Origin: Eledone cirrhosa
Taxonomy: Eukaryota
Direction: 5' to 3'
Length of the DNA: 64,000 nt
Assembly (NCBI GenBank): GCA_964016885.1
Contig: OZ024742.1
Location: forward strand, 304,482,001 to 304,546,000
This document shows positions 29,700 through 44,079 of this stretch, piece after piece; positions within the stretch are counted from its first letter, which is position 1, and each line of letters begins with the position of its first letter. The position numbers were made by a program, and so were the translations under genes. The notes beneath the pieces are model-generated. The model had not been told where the DNA came from, searched no databases, and was given only the letters and a program-made list of their open reading frames with translations.

Positions 29700-30380
29700 A
29701 CGTTTCAAGAGCCACATGAGATGTTTCCAATTTCCTTTAAACGCTGTTTTCCTCCAAGATGATCAATCTAAGGCAATGTCTTCCCAGCTATATTCTCTTC
29801 TTTTTGACTTTATCAAAGCTGTTTCGATGTAGTCTTTATACCTGAGTTTTGGTTTACTCCTTGACCGTTTGCCATTGATTACCTCCCTGTACATAATTGA
29901 TGATCTGGCATTTTTACAACATGGATTACAGTTGGTGGAATAATTATAGTAATGCATCGTTAAAGAAAGAAATCAGTAAAAATGTCAACTTCGTGAAAAG
30001 AGGTTATCCTGAAAGTGGAGACCTTGTCTGAATGATTCCAACAGAATGAACTGTAAAGGAACATAATTTTGCAAATTTGCTATTATACCTGTCTACTTTT
30101 GAAATTGTGTCCTATATGATGCCTGCTTCGTTGTCTTGTAGCGTTTAATTATTTTTCCTACTGAGAAAATCTCTGCAAAATTGGGTGGCTTCTTTCATCC
30201 AGACCGATATATTTAGGTTCACCCCTCAAGAAAATGTGATGTGAAATGACCTTGTTGAAATCAGTGATCAATGGTTCACAAATCAATTCGATGTACTTCC
30301 ACTTAATGAAAATGTGTCTATTTGATCGCTTCAGCTGATAAAATTAAGAGGCGAAATTGGACCCAGCTATTTTGAATGAT
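29700..30380 (-). mobile_element. RTE-clade LINE 3' fragment (degenerate)
   Basis: IMYREVINGKRSRSKPKLRYKDYIETAL...SWEDIALD matches the RTE ORF C-terminal pattern G.R.RGRP.LRYKD...WE..A.DR. The 5' boundary is approximate. Confidence 0.7.
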
Positions 30381-31279
30381 ATGAATTGACACTTACATTA
30401 CAGACGATTCCAGAAGAACCATCGGAATCCTGGCATGATTACTTTGTTAAGCATTCAAGATAGACACATATACATAAAGCATGGGGGAAAGACCGGGTGC
30501 GCGCTCAATATATTTGATAAGACATTCGAACAGGTTTCATCTCGGACAAAACAAAAACACGATGTACTTGCATGTCATTCTTTCATCATACATACTGCGT
30601 CCAAATCCTTAGATTTGTATGAATCTGTTTTTCAGTTTCCTGCAAACATTTCGACTTCCTATCAAACGTTTCTCACATTGATCCAACGTTAATCAAATAG
30701 ACGAAAATTTGATAACATGTACGTTATTACTGATTAAATATATTTTTATGGTTTTCATTTTCGAACCTATAATTTATGTATTTATAAATGAATATGTCTT
30801 GGTTTATATATAACCCAGAACATTTTCACAGTCTGAGAGTTATGAATAGTTAGCAAAATATGATTGCTTTAACGTCTACTCTGTTCGGGAAATGGTTGAA
30901 TTGATATTGGCCAAAGTTGGTTGGTGTGGCTATATATAATTTATTTAATATTCAGAATTAAATGTCGTTCAATTATTTCTCGATTTTAAGCTTGTTTCTG
31001 GTTTAACAGAATGTGGATACTGCTATAGTAAGTTTATGGTAATCATTGTACCATTTTATGAAACTAACACCTGGTTTGTGTTTATGTAGAAGACAATGCC
31101 AGAGTTTTGATGTGATCTGTGTTTAAGGAAATATATCATGTATATATATCATGTTACAACATGCACAGAATACATGAGATTATAAAATCTATGAGATAAA
31201 TAATGTTTGTGTTTTAATTGTTGTAACCTACTTATTATTCTTTGCCCACTTATTCCCGAAAGGGTTGTGTGGTGGTGGT

Positions 31280-31640
31280 GGGGGGGGGGGATCCTCAAAC
31301 CATACTTCCAGCAGATCCTGTTAGAAGCAACCCTCTCCAACTTATCCCGCTGGATCCCCAAGCGAAAGCAGCCAAGCTCATGGATGTAATCCAACCATCT
31401 TGCTCAGGGTTTACCTTGGATCACCTCTCGGTTGGTTTTGCCTGTAAAATCTGTCCAGCGATTCTTGCATGAGACATTCTAATCACTTGCCCATATTATC
31501 GGAGCTGTGATATCTTAATTAAGAGAAGTAGCGGCTCTACCTGGAGTTAGTCACTGATCTCTGCGCTACGCACTCTATCGAGTAACGATACTCCGAAGAC
31601 CCTTCAGAGGAAAGCCATTTCAGCCGCTTGTATTGTTGTA
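31280..31640 (-). mobile_element. RTE-like LINE 3' fragment
   Basis: (RW)MDYIHELGCFRLGIQRDKLERVASNRICWKYGLRIPP resembles the C-terminus of RTE/Expander-type ORFs. Confidence 0.6.
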
Positions 31641-33499
31641 TCCTGTTAGTGAATACCTATTTGTTATTTGTTGTTGAGTATATATTTATGTGTTTTTTTA
31701 TTTAATCGGATATATTGTTCTATATATAAAAACTGATATTTAATGTAGATCTTTTTTATTGTTCGTAAAGTTCTATAGATAATTTATCTGCCTATAACCA
31801 CCGGCTGCCCCAAACCCTCCACCACTTGTCATTGTTAATGTCTGATCGCATCAAACCCTACATTAATCACCTTGCTGCAACCTTCCTTTCCTGAAGTACA
31901 AGATTCTCGAAACGAAATATGCGGGGCTCGTGTTTTTCTTTCAGATATTAACTTTAAATTTTTGAAGGTGCACATAAACAGCATCAAGTCTATTAATGTG
32001 TGATGGGATATAACCAATCTGCCTTCACACCCCTTTGATATCTAAACGGAGGCCAGTTTATGTAACAGTTTATGTGAATATGTAACAAATACATTTATTC
32101 TTCTTTCACCAACAAGTGAGCGTTTTCGCAATCGTTTGAGGTGTTAGAAACAGCAGCCAATATCATTCAGATCACATTGTTTTGAAATGGAATTAAAAAT
32201 TGAACACTTAGTTCTAGACATTAAAAAACACAAGGTGTTCATGTCTGAAATTACATTGATCTCATTAGGACAAACCTAGTGCTAAATATTATCTGGCCCA
32301 CAGAGACAGTCTTTTCTCACTGCTTTTTCTGTTGTCACTGTAATGGTCCATGTTGCTCTGTAGTATCATGCCACCTCATCTCAGTGATTACTGACCGACA
32401 TATTTCTCCTCTTCACCTAACCCCTGTTATGTTCAAGCCCTTCAGGTCATTCTCTGACAACGAGCTCTCGTCTTATTTCCAAGAACGTCAGCCCCTGAAG
32501 CATCTTTCATCATGTTTATTCTACAGGCGCCGAAATACAGCACCTTAAGCTGTACATCTACGACATCAACCTCACTAGTTTTAGAGAGCCTGAGAAATCC
32601 AGGTGCACTTTTCTTCTCCCCAGGTCTAGTATAAACCAATGATATAAAGAAACGAATATGAGAAAGGAGGGCACCAATCAATTACCTTTTTGTCTCGCAC
32701 ACTCACCTCTCTAGCCTGTAATATATTTAAGCATAAACTAGCTTTAGTCCTTCATTTAATTATTTTAGAGGAGGATGTTGTATTTTACTTCATAATTATA
32801 TAAATTTAAACCAGCAATACTGACCTTTATCTATTTTCTCGTTTTTATATTCTAAAACTCATTGTTTTTTATGAAATGAATCATCAATAACACTTTGATG
32901 AAGTTTGTTTTAAGGTTTCCATTTATTTAGTAGGATATTATCTGTTATTCGTTTTTATCTCATTATCAATTCATGATCTAATAATTATATTGTTTTAATT
33001 AATGGGGAATTCATACTGAGAGATCATTTATTTTCATTTGTATTTATTAATTTTAGAATTTATCAAAGAGTAATATACATTTGTTTCATTATCCTGTGTC
33101 TATTAAGTGTTTTCTGCAAAGAATCGAACTGTACAAATGAAAATTTGTTAAAATTTTTTCATGTGTAAAATCATATATAAAATAATGTTTTGTGCGAAAA
33201 TAATGAACACTAAAGGTTAAGATTTAAATTCCCAATCACTATGGTTTTACGACTTTTCAGTTGGCACATCAATAATAAAAATCTCTCAGGCTCTTCCTAA
33301 GTGATTGCTACCTCCTGAAGAGGGGCACATTAATCCATTCTAATATATTCTATCCGTCTCTCACACCCACTCTCAGACACAGAATATGGAAAACCTGAGT
33401 CAGCTCTGATCAAACAAGCACAGAGTATAGGTAAAAACATAAATGTTTGAGTATTTTTTACATACTCAATATCATAGAGGATTTCTCACGGCAAACGCA

Positions 33500-34010
33500 C
33501 CTTCTCAACACAGTTTTAACTGCATCGAAAAAGTGGCCTTTATAAGCAGTGTCAGAAAATACTTCACTTCCCAACAACTACAGACACTCTACAAACCACA
33601 ATGGAGACCCACTCCCAGATCCGGTACAATACTGCTGCCATACACAAAAGACCTGAACCGCATCCAGAAATAGAACACTTATCTCATTGCCATAAATCAC
33701 AAACAGCCATGCTTTTGCCTCTATCACACAGCCCTTGTATCCTCACTCTGATTTTCCTATCGCTACTACAATTGGCTCTACACCTCTAGAAACTGGCTGA
33801 CGAAGTATCACCTGTTACTCAGGCTCACTCTCCTTACTTGTATCTCCGCTCATGACCCCTATTGTGTCCAAACAAGGCTCCACCCCAACCCCTACAACTA
33901 TTCCTTTCTTTCCAGAATATTGTCCATCTAGAATTCTTGCTCATTACAAGTCTGTTCTGCAACTATTTAAACTGAACGTTAACCGCATCATCCTCAATGG
34001 ACTGTGAAAG
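33500..34010 (+). mobile_element. CR1/Jockey-group LINE ORF2 C-terminal fragment
   Basis: KVAFISSVRKYFTSQQLQTLYKPQWRP followed by frameshifted LLPLSH...IF-YRYY-like motifs. A similar remnant lies at about 32440-32710. Confidence 0.55.
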
Positions 34011-34826
34011 CGAGTAAAGGTCTTACCTAACCAGAACAAATCGTCCTAATATTTTGCTTTAGCGTTTGCTTATATTTAATTATGTGTGCTAAACCATTCG
34101 TATCTTTGCAACTTCTCGTTGGTATATATCAATGTATGTGTGAAAACGTCATAGCAGGAAAATAATATTATTGGTGGTGATTGGTCTTTCTTGTGCAGCT
34201 ATGCTTTTTGGCTCAATTTAACAGATTCTCGGATCAGCACAAAAATATCATGCGTAGGCTTCGTGGGTCGACCAGTATGGGTAGAACTATCTTCAGACAT
34301 TGTATTGAGGTTCTCTGGTTAGCCGTCCGACTGCTAACTACTCGACATACCAATCTACCTAACTACCTACGTACCTCCCTAGCAGCCTACCTACAAACAA
34401 TACAAACAATCACTAACAATAATGTGGGGACATACAGAGATACACTCATACTCAAACAGATACACCGACTCATTCAAAAACATACACATACACACATGCA
34501 TACAAACACAGAAGAATATACACAGAACACACACATAAACGTGCACACATACGAACGTAAACACACAAACATACACATGGAAAAACAATACACACACACA
34601 CACACGCGTGCACACACATGCACAGAAAATAAACAAATAATTCACAGACATTCACACACAATATAAAAGAAACACACTTGTACACATACTCAGATAGAAA
34701 CAATAATGCACCCCTTCCAATTTCACTCCTTCCGCAGACATAACCACGTCCGAAGCGACAAGCAATCCTCAACTTCCTCCTAATACATTCAAGTATTCGT
34801 GTTTTTATTTCTCTCTCTCTCCCTCG

Positions 34827-34955
<129 letters not shown>

Positions 34956-35007
34956 CCAAGACTGGAATTGAACCATCAGCACAGTTGAGGTATGTCAGAC
35001 ATCAATT

Positions 35008-35079
35008 TATTTTATCTGATGAGGACGTACTGAGGAAACAGCACAGTACCTCTGAAATACGCGTATATATAATAAAATA
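35008..35079 (+). ncRNA. Hammerhead ribozyme related to family B
   Basis: TATTTTAT-CTGATGA-gga c GTACTG...CAGTAC c tct-GAAA-tacgcgtatata-TA-ATAAAATA. Confidence 0.75.
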
Positions 35080-35135
35080 TATTTGATCCCATGAATGTCT
35101 ATATTTATTAATATTTTTAATTAATATATATATAT

Positions 35136-35209
35136 ACTCTACTACCCTAAGTATTGAGTACTTTGGTGCGTTATGGTCCACCAGGTTCCTTACCACATTT
35201 CCTTCCTTA
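35136..35209 (+). mobile_element. Family C tail-only fragment
   Basis: ACTCTACTACCCTAAGTATTGAGTACTTTGGTGCGTTATGGTCCACCAGGTTCCTTACCACATTTCCTTC matches about 62705-62774. Confidence 0.85.
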
Positions 35210-35279
35210 TATATACATATATATGTATGTGTGTGTGTTTGCGTATACTTACATAGACACATACACACACATATATTTA

Positions 35280-35500
<221 letters not shown>

Positions 35501-35739
35501 ATGTTATTACAATAGTGTCAATCCATTAATAGTGTCAATCCATTAAATCTTTCACTTATTAATCTGTAACCACGTAAAAACATGATAAATCACAATCCTC
35601 TTTGTTAATGTTACCCCCACCATCACCATTTGAACACGTCATCATCATTATCCTCATTCTAACTGTGTACTTTATCAATCATTAGTATATGAAATACATA
35701 TGATTATTATCCCCCTACATATTATTAGTATTTCGCTAC

Positions 35740-35930
35740 AGGGCGGTGGATTGGCAGTATCGGTAGAGGGTCGGACGCCATCCTTTGACGCATAGAGTTA
35801 CGGCCCTTGCCATTCTGAGTTCGAATCCCGCCGAGTTTAACTTTGCCTTTCATCCTTACAGGGTCGATAAAATAAAGTACCAGTAATACACTGTGTAATT
35901 GTTGGCCTTGTGCCAAAAGTAGAAACAATT
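35740..35930 (+). mobile_element. Same SINE family, full-length
   Basis: B box GTTCGAATCC, core and TAGAAACAATTATT end; imperfect flanking duplication ATTATTAT(C/T)CCCCTACATA. Confidence 0.9.
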
Positions 35931-35994
35931 ATTATTCCCCTACATAAGTAAGTATGGATATACACAACTGGACAGTATATATATCAGGCAACTT

Positions 35995-36590
35995 CCTAAT
36001 ACCTACCTACCGATCAGCTACCTAGGTCGCTATCAACCTATCTAACTATCTACTAACCTAGCTACTGACATACCAACTTATCTAGGTAGCTACATACCTA
36101 GATATCCATGAACCTACCTATATAACCGTCTAACAACTAACTATCCAACCTATCAATGTAACTAAATCTCTACCTATCAGCATACATATTTATCTAGATA
36201 ACTATCAACCTAGCTAAGTACTAAGATAATAGCTACCTATCTACATATATATCTACCTGTCTACATAGATAACTCTCTACCTACTTACCCAAGTAGCTAC
36301 CTACCTAAGTACTAAGATAATAGCTACCTATCTACATACATATCTACCTGGCTACATAGATAACTGTCTACCTACTTACCCAAGTAGCTACCTACCTAGA
36401 TATATATCTACTTACTTACCAAGCTTCCTTGCTACTAACTTAGCTCTATACCAACAGACATACCTAGATAACTATCTAATTATTTATCTACCTACCAACA
36501 TTCCTACCAACCTACTATCCAACTAACCATCGAACCTACCTACCTACCTACCTACCTACCATCTACCTAGCTAACTAGATAACTACCTAT
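35995..36590. repeat. Degenerate (CTAC)n/(CTAT)n tract with an internal duplication of about 91 bp
   Basis: CTAAGTACTAAGATAATAGCTACC...CCCAAGTAGCTACCTACCT at about 36214 and 36305. Confidence 0.85.
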
Positions 36591-37795
36591 TCTATAATTT
36601 AGTGCAACAAACGTTCGGCTTTGGCACTCTTTGTCTCCGCCTGGGACACAGGCACTGTTACAAAGCTAGCTATTCCAGTGCAGAGACGTCGAAAGTGTAT
36701 ATGCTGGACGTACTGCAGGAGTATAGTTTTCTCGATCGATATTCCGCGCAAGTCAAGTTGAACACGGGAAGGTTTAAAGAACGAAGTTTAGTGAAAAGAG
36801 AAAAACACAGATTAAGCGGAAGACACGAGAGAGGGTGAGCAAGAGGGAGATGGTGATAGAGAAGAAGAGAGAAAAACTGTTGGATAATGGTGATGGTAGA
36901 AGTGGTGGATGATTTGATGGTCGTTGGAATTAACAGAAAGATTTAGTAGAAAAATGGAAGAAATTGGTGCGGAAATAGGAAAAGTGACCGAATAAACTAC
37001 AAAAATAAAATTAGAAATAAATAAATAATAGGAAGACAATAGGTAAGTAGTGAAAAAAAGAGAAATATTTAGATGAAATAGGAAAGATTGTTAGAAATAG
37101 TCGGAATGATGAAAAACTGGAAAAAATAAGACGGATAAAAATAAAATATAAATTGTAAAACGGAAAAATTACTAAATGAATGAATAAGAGAACAAGAAAA
37201 TAATTTAAAAAAACAGGTATCAGGAAGAATTAAGTAGAAGGTTTTGTTTTTGTTTTTTGCTCACATCCAGGGAAATATTCACTAGATTAATGTGTACGTG
37301 TAAGTTTGGAGCCGAATCCTTCTTGAAGCACTTAGAGTGAGTGGTTAAATCTAGTGAGGTCGGATAGAAGGCATAGAGAAAAGTAAGTATGGGTGTGAGA
37401 CATCACTTAATGGTAAATAAAGAGACAGAAAAGAGAAATAAATGGAGTATGGAGCGGAATTTGTAAGACAGGACAATATGATGGAAAATGGTACTGGTGG
37501 GGGTGAGAAAGAGACACAACAAACGGATGAAGTCTAATCTCGGAATGAGGTGAAAAACTGGAGCAAGAAAACGTGGGTAAGTATGCCAATGAATAAGTGA
37601 ATGACAGACACGGTGGGGGATATGGAGAAATTGGTAAAAAGAAATTAGGAAAAAAACAACTAAACCTGGAAAAAAGCGAAAAATGAGAACTAGGAATTCA
37701 TTCAATGGAGAAAACATATATGTATATATATATATGAGTATGTGTGTGTGTGTGTGTGTGTGTGCAGTTGCGCGGAAGTAGTGAATGGGATAGAA

Positions 37796-37874
<79 letters not shown>

Positions 37875-37977
37875 CATATATATATATACATACATATATA
37901 TATATATATATGTAAATATATATATATATGTATATATATACATATATATACATGTGTACATATATATATATATATAC

Positions 37978-38038
<61 letters not shown>

Positions 38039-38458
38039 AAGAGAGAGAGAGAGGGAGACGTAGGTAGACAGAAAGGCAAGAAGCAAAAGGGAAAGGGATA
38101 AAACGAGATAGAAACAAAAGTCATATACATAAAAAGGGAAATATATAGATATATTGACGGATCTAACAAAGCCAGGATAAAAGGTAATAGGTAAACTAGA
38201 AATGTCCAAGTAAATATATTTGTATATTTATGTATTTTTCTCTATGTATGTTTTCTGTATATTATGCACAGTAAAACTGGGGGATGTAATAAAGAAACAT
38301 TGGTCAGAGAGAAGGAAGGAGTAGAATAACGGACAATAAAGGGATAGAGAAGTTATAGCTGGACCACCGTGTTATGCGTGTTTCATTATGTCTGCTTATG
38401 TTAACCAGTATGTGTACACATCTGCGCACACACACACACAAACACACACGCGCACACT

Positions 38459-38521
<63 letters not shown>

Positions 38522-38527
38522 CACTTG

Positions 38528-38573
<46 letters not shown>

Positions 38574-39203
38574 TATGTACGTGAGTATAATTTTGTTTAT
38601 TTTAACACACGTATATTTGAGTATATATGTATAAGTATATATATATATATTTTATGTGCGTGTGTGTGTGTGTGTACGTGTGTGTACGTGTGCGTATGTA
38701 TATAGTTCAAGTATAACAAGAGAGAAAGAGAAAGTAGGAAAGAGAGAGAGAGAGAGAGGGCGACAGAGAATAGAAAGAGTGTGAGAGATGCTATGTGTAT
38801 ATCAATAAGTATGTGTTAGTGCACAATAAGTATGTGTTAGTGCACTAGCCATAGCTCTTAGTAATCTATAATAGAGTACTCACATACACATTAATTTAAA
38901 ATAAAATAAAATATTGAATGATATTATAGGAATTGAAAGGTGGAGAAAAGTATAACTAAGCGGAAAGGTAAAGTGAACAACGCCAGGAGAACAATAGAGG
39001 CGAGTTCGGTTTGTGATCAGGAAGGACTGCTTGAATAGATGGCAGAGAGAGGAAGTGGAATTGGACTGTAGGCCTGTATAGGTATGTTGGCAGCACTGTA
39101 CTGGCAGTTGGAAGAATGTGTGGTTATTTAGGTTATAGGAGAGGTAGGAAAGTGTAGAATGAGTTGCAGTGACTGAAGGTGGTGTAGTTAGAAAGATGGA
39201 GTT

Positions 39204-39275
<72 letters not shown>

Positions 39276-39660
39276 AAGGATGGAGAGTGGAAGTGTGAGA
39301 GAGAGAGAGAGAGGTGGAGAGCGAGAGAGAGATGGAGAGCGAAAGTAAGAGAGAAAGAGAGAGAGAGATAGAAAGAGAGATGGAGGGTGAAAGTGAGAGA
39401 GAGATAGAGAGAGAGAGTGAAAGAGAGATGGAGGGTGGAAGTAAAGGACAAATAGAAGTGAAAGGATGTTAAGTTAAGAGTGGGAGAAATATTGGGAAAT
39501 GTAAGTGCGAAAGCGCGCTCGCGCACTCGCATGCCTTTCTCCGTGAGTGTGTGGTCGGTGCAAGCGTGCTATTTATTATATATTTATTATAATAACAACG
39601 ATAGAAGGAACAACGAATTGGCGAGTGAATGCCAGAGAAAAGATACTGATGTAGACAGGG

Positions 39661-39692
<32 letters not shown>

Positions 39693-39821
39693 GCATACAC
39701 TCTCATATATGCATATATATAAATATATATATATATATATCTATATATATATATATATTCTCCTATATTCCTATCTATCTATCTATCTATATATCTATAT
39801 ATATATATATATATATATATA

Positions 39822-40045
39822 TAACAAAGGAATTGTGGTAAGGAACCAGATGGACCATAACGCACCAGAGTACTCAATACTTAGGGTAGTAGAGTGGGAA
39901 ATAGGAAAAATGATGACCCCGACGGCAGAGCTCAAGCCGTTTCGACGGCTATTTCTGGACTAAATTAGGTGAAATTTAGTCCAGAAATAGCTTGAGCTCT
40001 GCCGTCGAAACGGCTTGAGCTCTGCCGTCGGGGTCATACTTTTTC

Positions 40046-40046
<1 letters not shown>
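39822..40046. mobile_element. Family C fold-back element (long arm on minus strand) in (TA)n
   Basis: Tail from 39822; turn-around at CTGGAC-taaattaggtgaaattta-GTCCAG; small duplication in the short arm. Confidence 0.88.
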
Positions 40047-40076
<30 letters not shown>

Positions 40077-40812
40077 GATAGATAGATAGATAGATAGGAA
40101 TATAGAAGTATGTAGTGAGAGGAACAAAGTAATATACAGCCGAGGAGAGACGGTTTTAAAGTCAATGACTATTGTTGTTTGCTGTAGAGAGATGAAGGAG
40201 GTGGGGAATAGGTGGGGGGCGGAATGAGGTGAGAAGAATATGTAGAATGAGAGTGAGTGTAAATGAAGGAAAAAGTATGGAAGAAAGAGAGGGGGAGAGA
40301 GGGAAGTTGGGGACGAAGAGAGGAGAGCGAGGGAAGGCGGAGACCGTTGAATGAAATGAAGAACTGTTACGTAGGAGTTATGAGTGGAAGGCATTGGGAA
40401 AAACATAAAGAATATATGTCTTATATGTCTGTGTGTGATGTGCATATGTGTGTGTATGCGTTCACATGTGTTTCTATATGTGTGAGTGTGTGCGTGTGTA
40501 TGTATGAGTGTATGTGTGTGGGTATATATGTGAGTGTATGTGTGTGTGTGTGTGAGTCAGTGTATCGGTAGGTATATGAGTGCATGTGCATGCGTATGTA
40601 TGTGTGTGTGTGTGTGTGTGTGTGTGAGTCTATGTGTGTGGGTATGTATGTGTGTGTATGTGTGCGTATGTGCGTGGGTATGTATGTGTGTGTATACGTG
40701 TGTGTATATGTGTGTGTGTATGCGTGTGTATGTGTGTACGTGTTTGTATCTATAGACAGATTTAGATATTTGTAGGTAAATAGATAGATGCAAACATATC
40801 GCTATTATACAT

Positions 40813-40862
<50 letters not shown>

Positions 40863-41495
40863 GTGGAACACTGGAAGGTAATATCCGTAGTGGTAGAGCA
40901 CTCAGTCCAAGGGACGAGTTACGTATATATATGGGATGACGGAGAAGTACGGAAAAGAGTAAACTGAGGATAACCGGTAAGTTTTCATTATATTCCCTGG
41001 ATATGAAATAATACTGAAGCAAAGGAAATTACTGATAAGTTGTAGACACAAATATACACCGAAAGTTGTAAAGAAATATAAGCCGAAAAGTAAGACTAAT
41101 TAGGAGGGAAAACACTTGCCGATAGTATAAACTAGCAACAATGATTTGTAACTATAATTCAAATGGCCAACCCTGTAAACCCCTGTGTGCGCTGAAATCT
41201 TCTGAGGACAACATTAAGGTTACTCGTGTCATGTGGAATGCTAAGTCACTTGCATATTAATTTAAGGAGCTGATCATTTTTCGTTGATCAAAACAACTGG
41301 GACAATTATCGTTGGAACGGATGGGGGTGCCCAACATCATCTCTCCGAGGTTCATTCCACGCGATTGAGAAAGCGACTGATGAAAAGAGAATAATACTAA
41401 AGAATAAAATATAAGAACGCTAATCGACACCGCAGGAAGGTGAGAATGTTGATCGTAAAATATACATAAATAACACACACACACACACACACATC

Positions 41496-41555
<60 letters not shown>

Positions 41556-41557
<2 letters not shown>

Positions 41558-41725
41558 GAATTTCCGACCGTTAAGGTTGATTTACATGGGTATATCATTA
41601 TTTATAAAACAAATTTTGTATTTTATCTGATGAAAGCACACCAAGATGGGCTTGGTCGCCCTTGAAATATATATAATAAAATAAATATAGTTTATAAATA
41701 TAGTTTCCATTTATTAATATCTTGG
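41556..41725 (+). mobile_element. Family B solo copy between TA/CA microsatellites
   Basis: Shares the upstream TTTATAAAAC...TTTGTATTTTATCTGATGA and downstream TTTATAAATATAGTTTCCATTT with 61937-62094. Confidence 0.75.
41619..41683 (+). ncRNA. Hammerhead ribozyme, family B
   Basis: TATTTTAT-CTGATGA-AAG cac ACCAAG atggg CTTGGT cgcc CTT-GAAA-TATATA-TA-ATAAAATA. Confidence 0.82.
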
Positions 41726-41730
41726 TTTAT

Positions 41731-41790
<60 letters not shown>

Positions 41791-41884
41791 ATAATAATAA
41801 ATGTGAAGACTAAAATCCAAAGAGGGCTCGATAAGGATATATATCAAATATATATAACTTTAATCTGTTATTAATATATATATA

Positions 41885-42040
41885 TAACGAAGGATTTGTG
41901 GTAAGGAACCAGCTGGACCATAACGCACCAGAGTACTCTATACTTAGGGTAGTAGAGTGGGCAATAGGAAAATGTATGTCCTCGACGGCAGAGCTCAAGC
42001 CGTTTCGACGGCTATTTATGGACGCCGTCGGGGACATACA
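41885..42040 (-). mobile_element. Family C element with a partly deleted short arm
   Basis: Same tail and core; after TGGAC it jumps to GCCGTCGGGGACATACA. Confidence 0.85.
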
Positions 42041-42084
42041 TATTACTATATATATATATATATATATATAAAAAGATAGATAGA

Positions 42085-42355
42085 TCGGCACTCAGTCGGT
42101 TACGACGATAACTATTCCTGTGGATACGATCAATGGAACAGGCCACTCGAGAAATTGACGAGCAAGTGACTGAGCATTGCACAAACACGCGTACAATTTA
42201 CGTAGTGCTTGGGCAGATTCAGCATGATACATAATTACAGATACAACTTATATTTGCCAGATGAGTGGACTGGAGCAACGTGAAATATACTGTGTTGCTC
42301 AAAGACAAAACGCACCGCCGGGAATACTCTAACCACCAAAGCCACGCGCCTTCAA
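42085..42355 (-). mobile_element. Second SINE family, degenerate copy
   Basis: Head matches 11740-11857; the body resembles about 41115-41336 on the + strand. Confidence 0.65.
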
Positions 42356-42363
42356 TATATAAA

Positions 42364-42420
<57 letters not shown>

Positions 42421-42424
<4 letters not shown>

Positions 42425-42505
42425 GAGATCAAAAGATGGTTAAAAGAGTTCCATGTATTTTATATATAAGATCAAAAGATGGTTAAAAGAGTTCCATGTA
42501 TTTTA
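42421..42505 (+). repeat. Tandem pair of a 40-bp TA-associated terminus
   Basis: AGATCAAAAGATGGTTAAAAGAGTTCCATGTATTTTA occurs twice; a third, inverted copy lies at 15173-15213. Confidence 0.8.
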
Positions 42506-42518
42506 ACTCACCTCCTAC

Positions 42519-42597
<79 letters not shown>

Positions 42598-42653
42598 ATA
42601 CTTTGGGAGGGTCATGTTGCCAATAATATATATATATTATATTATATATAGTA

Positions 42654-42753
42654 ATGGCTTCTACACGACTACAACTGTTTCTTTCGGGAGAAATCATCGG
42701 GCTTCCTGATAATTTCTCCCGAATGAAACAATTCTAGTTCTGTAGAAGCAATT
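42654..42753. repeat. Imperfect 100-bp hairpin (mini fold-back element)
   Basis: GCTTCTACA...TGTTTC.TTCGGGAGAAAT pairs with ATTTCTCCCGAA.GAAACA...TGTAGAAGC. A partial relative lies at about 61684-61708. Confidence 0.7.
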
Positions 42754-42831
42754 TCTACATCAAAAAGTTATACTCTGGTATGTATTGAGTACCTTCCTTT
42801 CTGTGGTTACCCCCGATTGAACCCGAGATAA

Positions 42832-42889
<58 letters not shown>

Positions 42890-43294
42890 ATATATATACA
42901 TACACATGAAGGAACCGCATACTTGAGAGACAACAGCGTTAGCTGGAGATAGAACGACGATTGGGGAAATAGTGTTGAAGAGATGGAGAGAATGAGATAA
43001 AACATTCACTGAAGTTAGAAATAGACTAACTGCAGGTCAGTAATGTGACAGAGAGGTCATCATATGACCAGACAAATGGAGGTTGAGCAACGTGAAGCAT
43101 TAGTAAATATATGCAATATGAGTGAAGGTGAATAGTTGATATATATATATATATATATATATACATGTCGTATGGTTGCTAGGATGCGTCCATAGGCGGT
43201 ATGCCGATTGAGCACTCTATGGTCCTACGGAACAGAGTATGATAAAATGGAAAACAAAGAATCAGTGTGGCATCGGCACTCAATTTATTAGGTA

Positions 43295-44079
43295 CTAGCA
43301 GAATGGCCCGGCGTTGCTCGGGATTTGCTATAGGGTTCTTATATATTTGATATATATTTATCCTTATCGAACCTCGTGAAATAAATACGTTTGTTTATAT
43401 TTTGTTATTGTGTATGCAAAAATATCTGTCCATAAATATATAATTATATATATATATATATTAAAATAACAGACTAAAGTTTAAGCAAAGAATCACTGCT
43501 TTCACCCTTAACGGGATATTCTACCTAAAAGCAGTATGCAGTACACTAAGATTAATTGATGTAATCTTTGGCCTTGTTTGTTTATATTTTGTTTTTGTGT
43601 ATGCAAACATATCTGTACACGAATATCTATATTAAAATAACATATTAATGTTTAAGCAAAGAATCTATGCTTTCAACCTTAACGGGATCTTCTTAAACTA
43701 AAAAAAATCAATCTGGAAAACAGGAAGACGATACTTTGATTCGTGAAGACGTTCCCTGGCATAAGAATATGTATTCACACGCACACTGATCGCGTCATAA
43801 GACGTAATGCAGACAGTCAGGCATACAGACAGATATTATGAAGGCGCGACGTCATATCTATGTATCTATCTAAAAAGAGAAAGACTAAGAGAAAGAGAAA
43901 GAGATCGCTAAATCGCCTAATGCGATCCCTAGGGCATTGAAAATTTGAAATTTTTTTTGCTCAAAACACTTCCGGGGTCATACGAGTTACATGTATGAAG
44001 TTTGAAAAAAAACCGGTTGGGTACTTCTTGAGTTTTAGGGAAACAGACACACAAACATCCTCTGTTTTATATATATAGA
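43295..44079 (-). mobile_element. Non-autonomous Helitron
   Basis: Minus strand starts TCTATATATATAAAACAGAGGATGTTTGTGTGTCTGT and ends with the hairpin CCCGAGCAACGCCGGG, then CCATTCTG-CTAG followed by T. Two internal tandem units at about 43388-43530 and 43575-43700. A related fragment lies at about 7228-7260. Confidence 0.8.
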
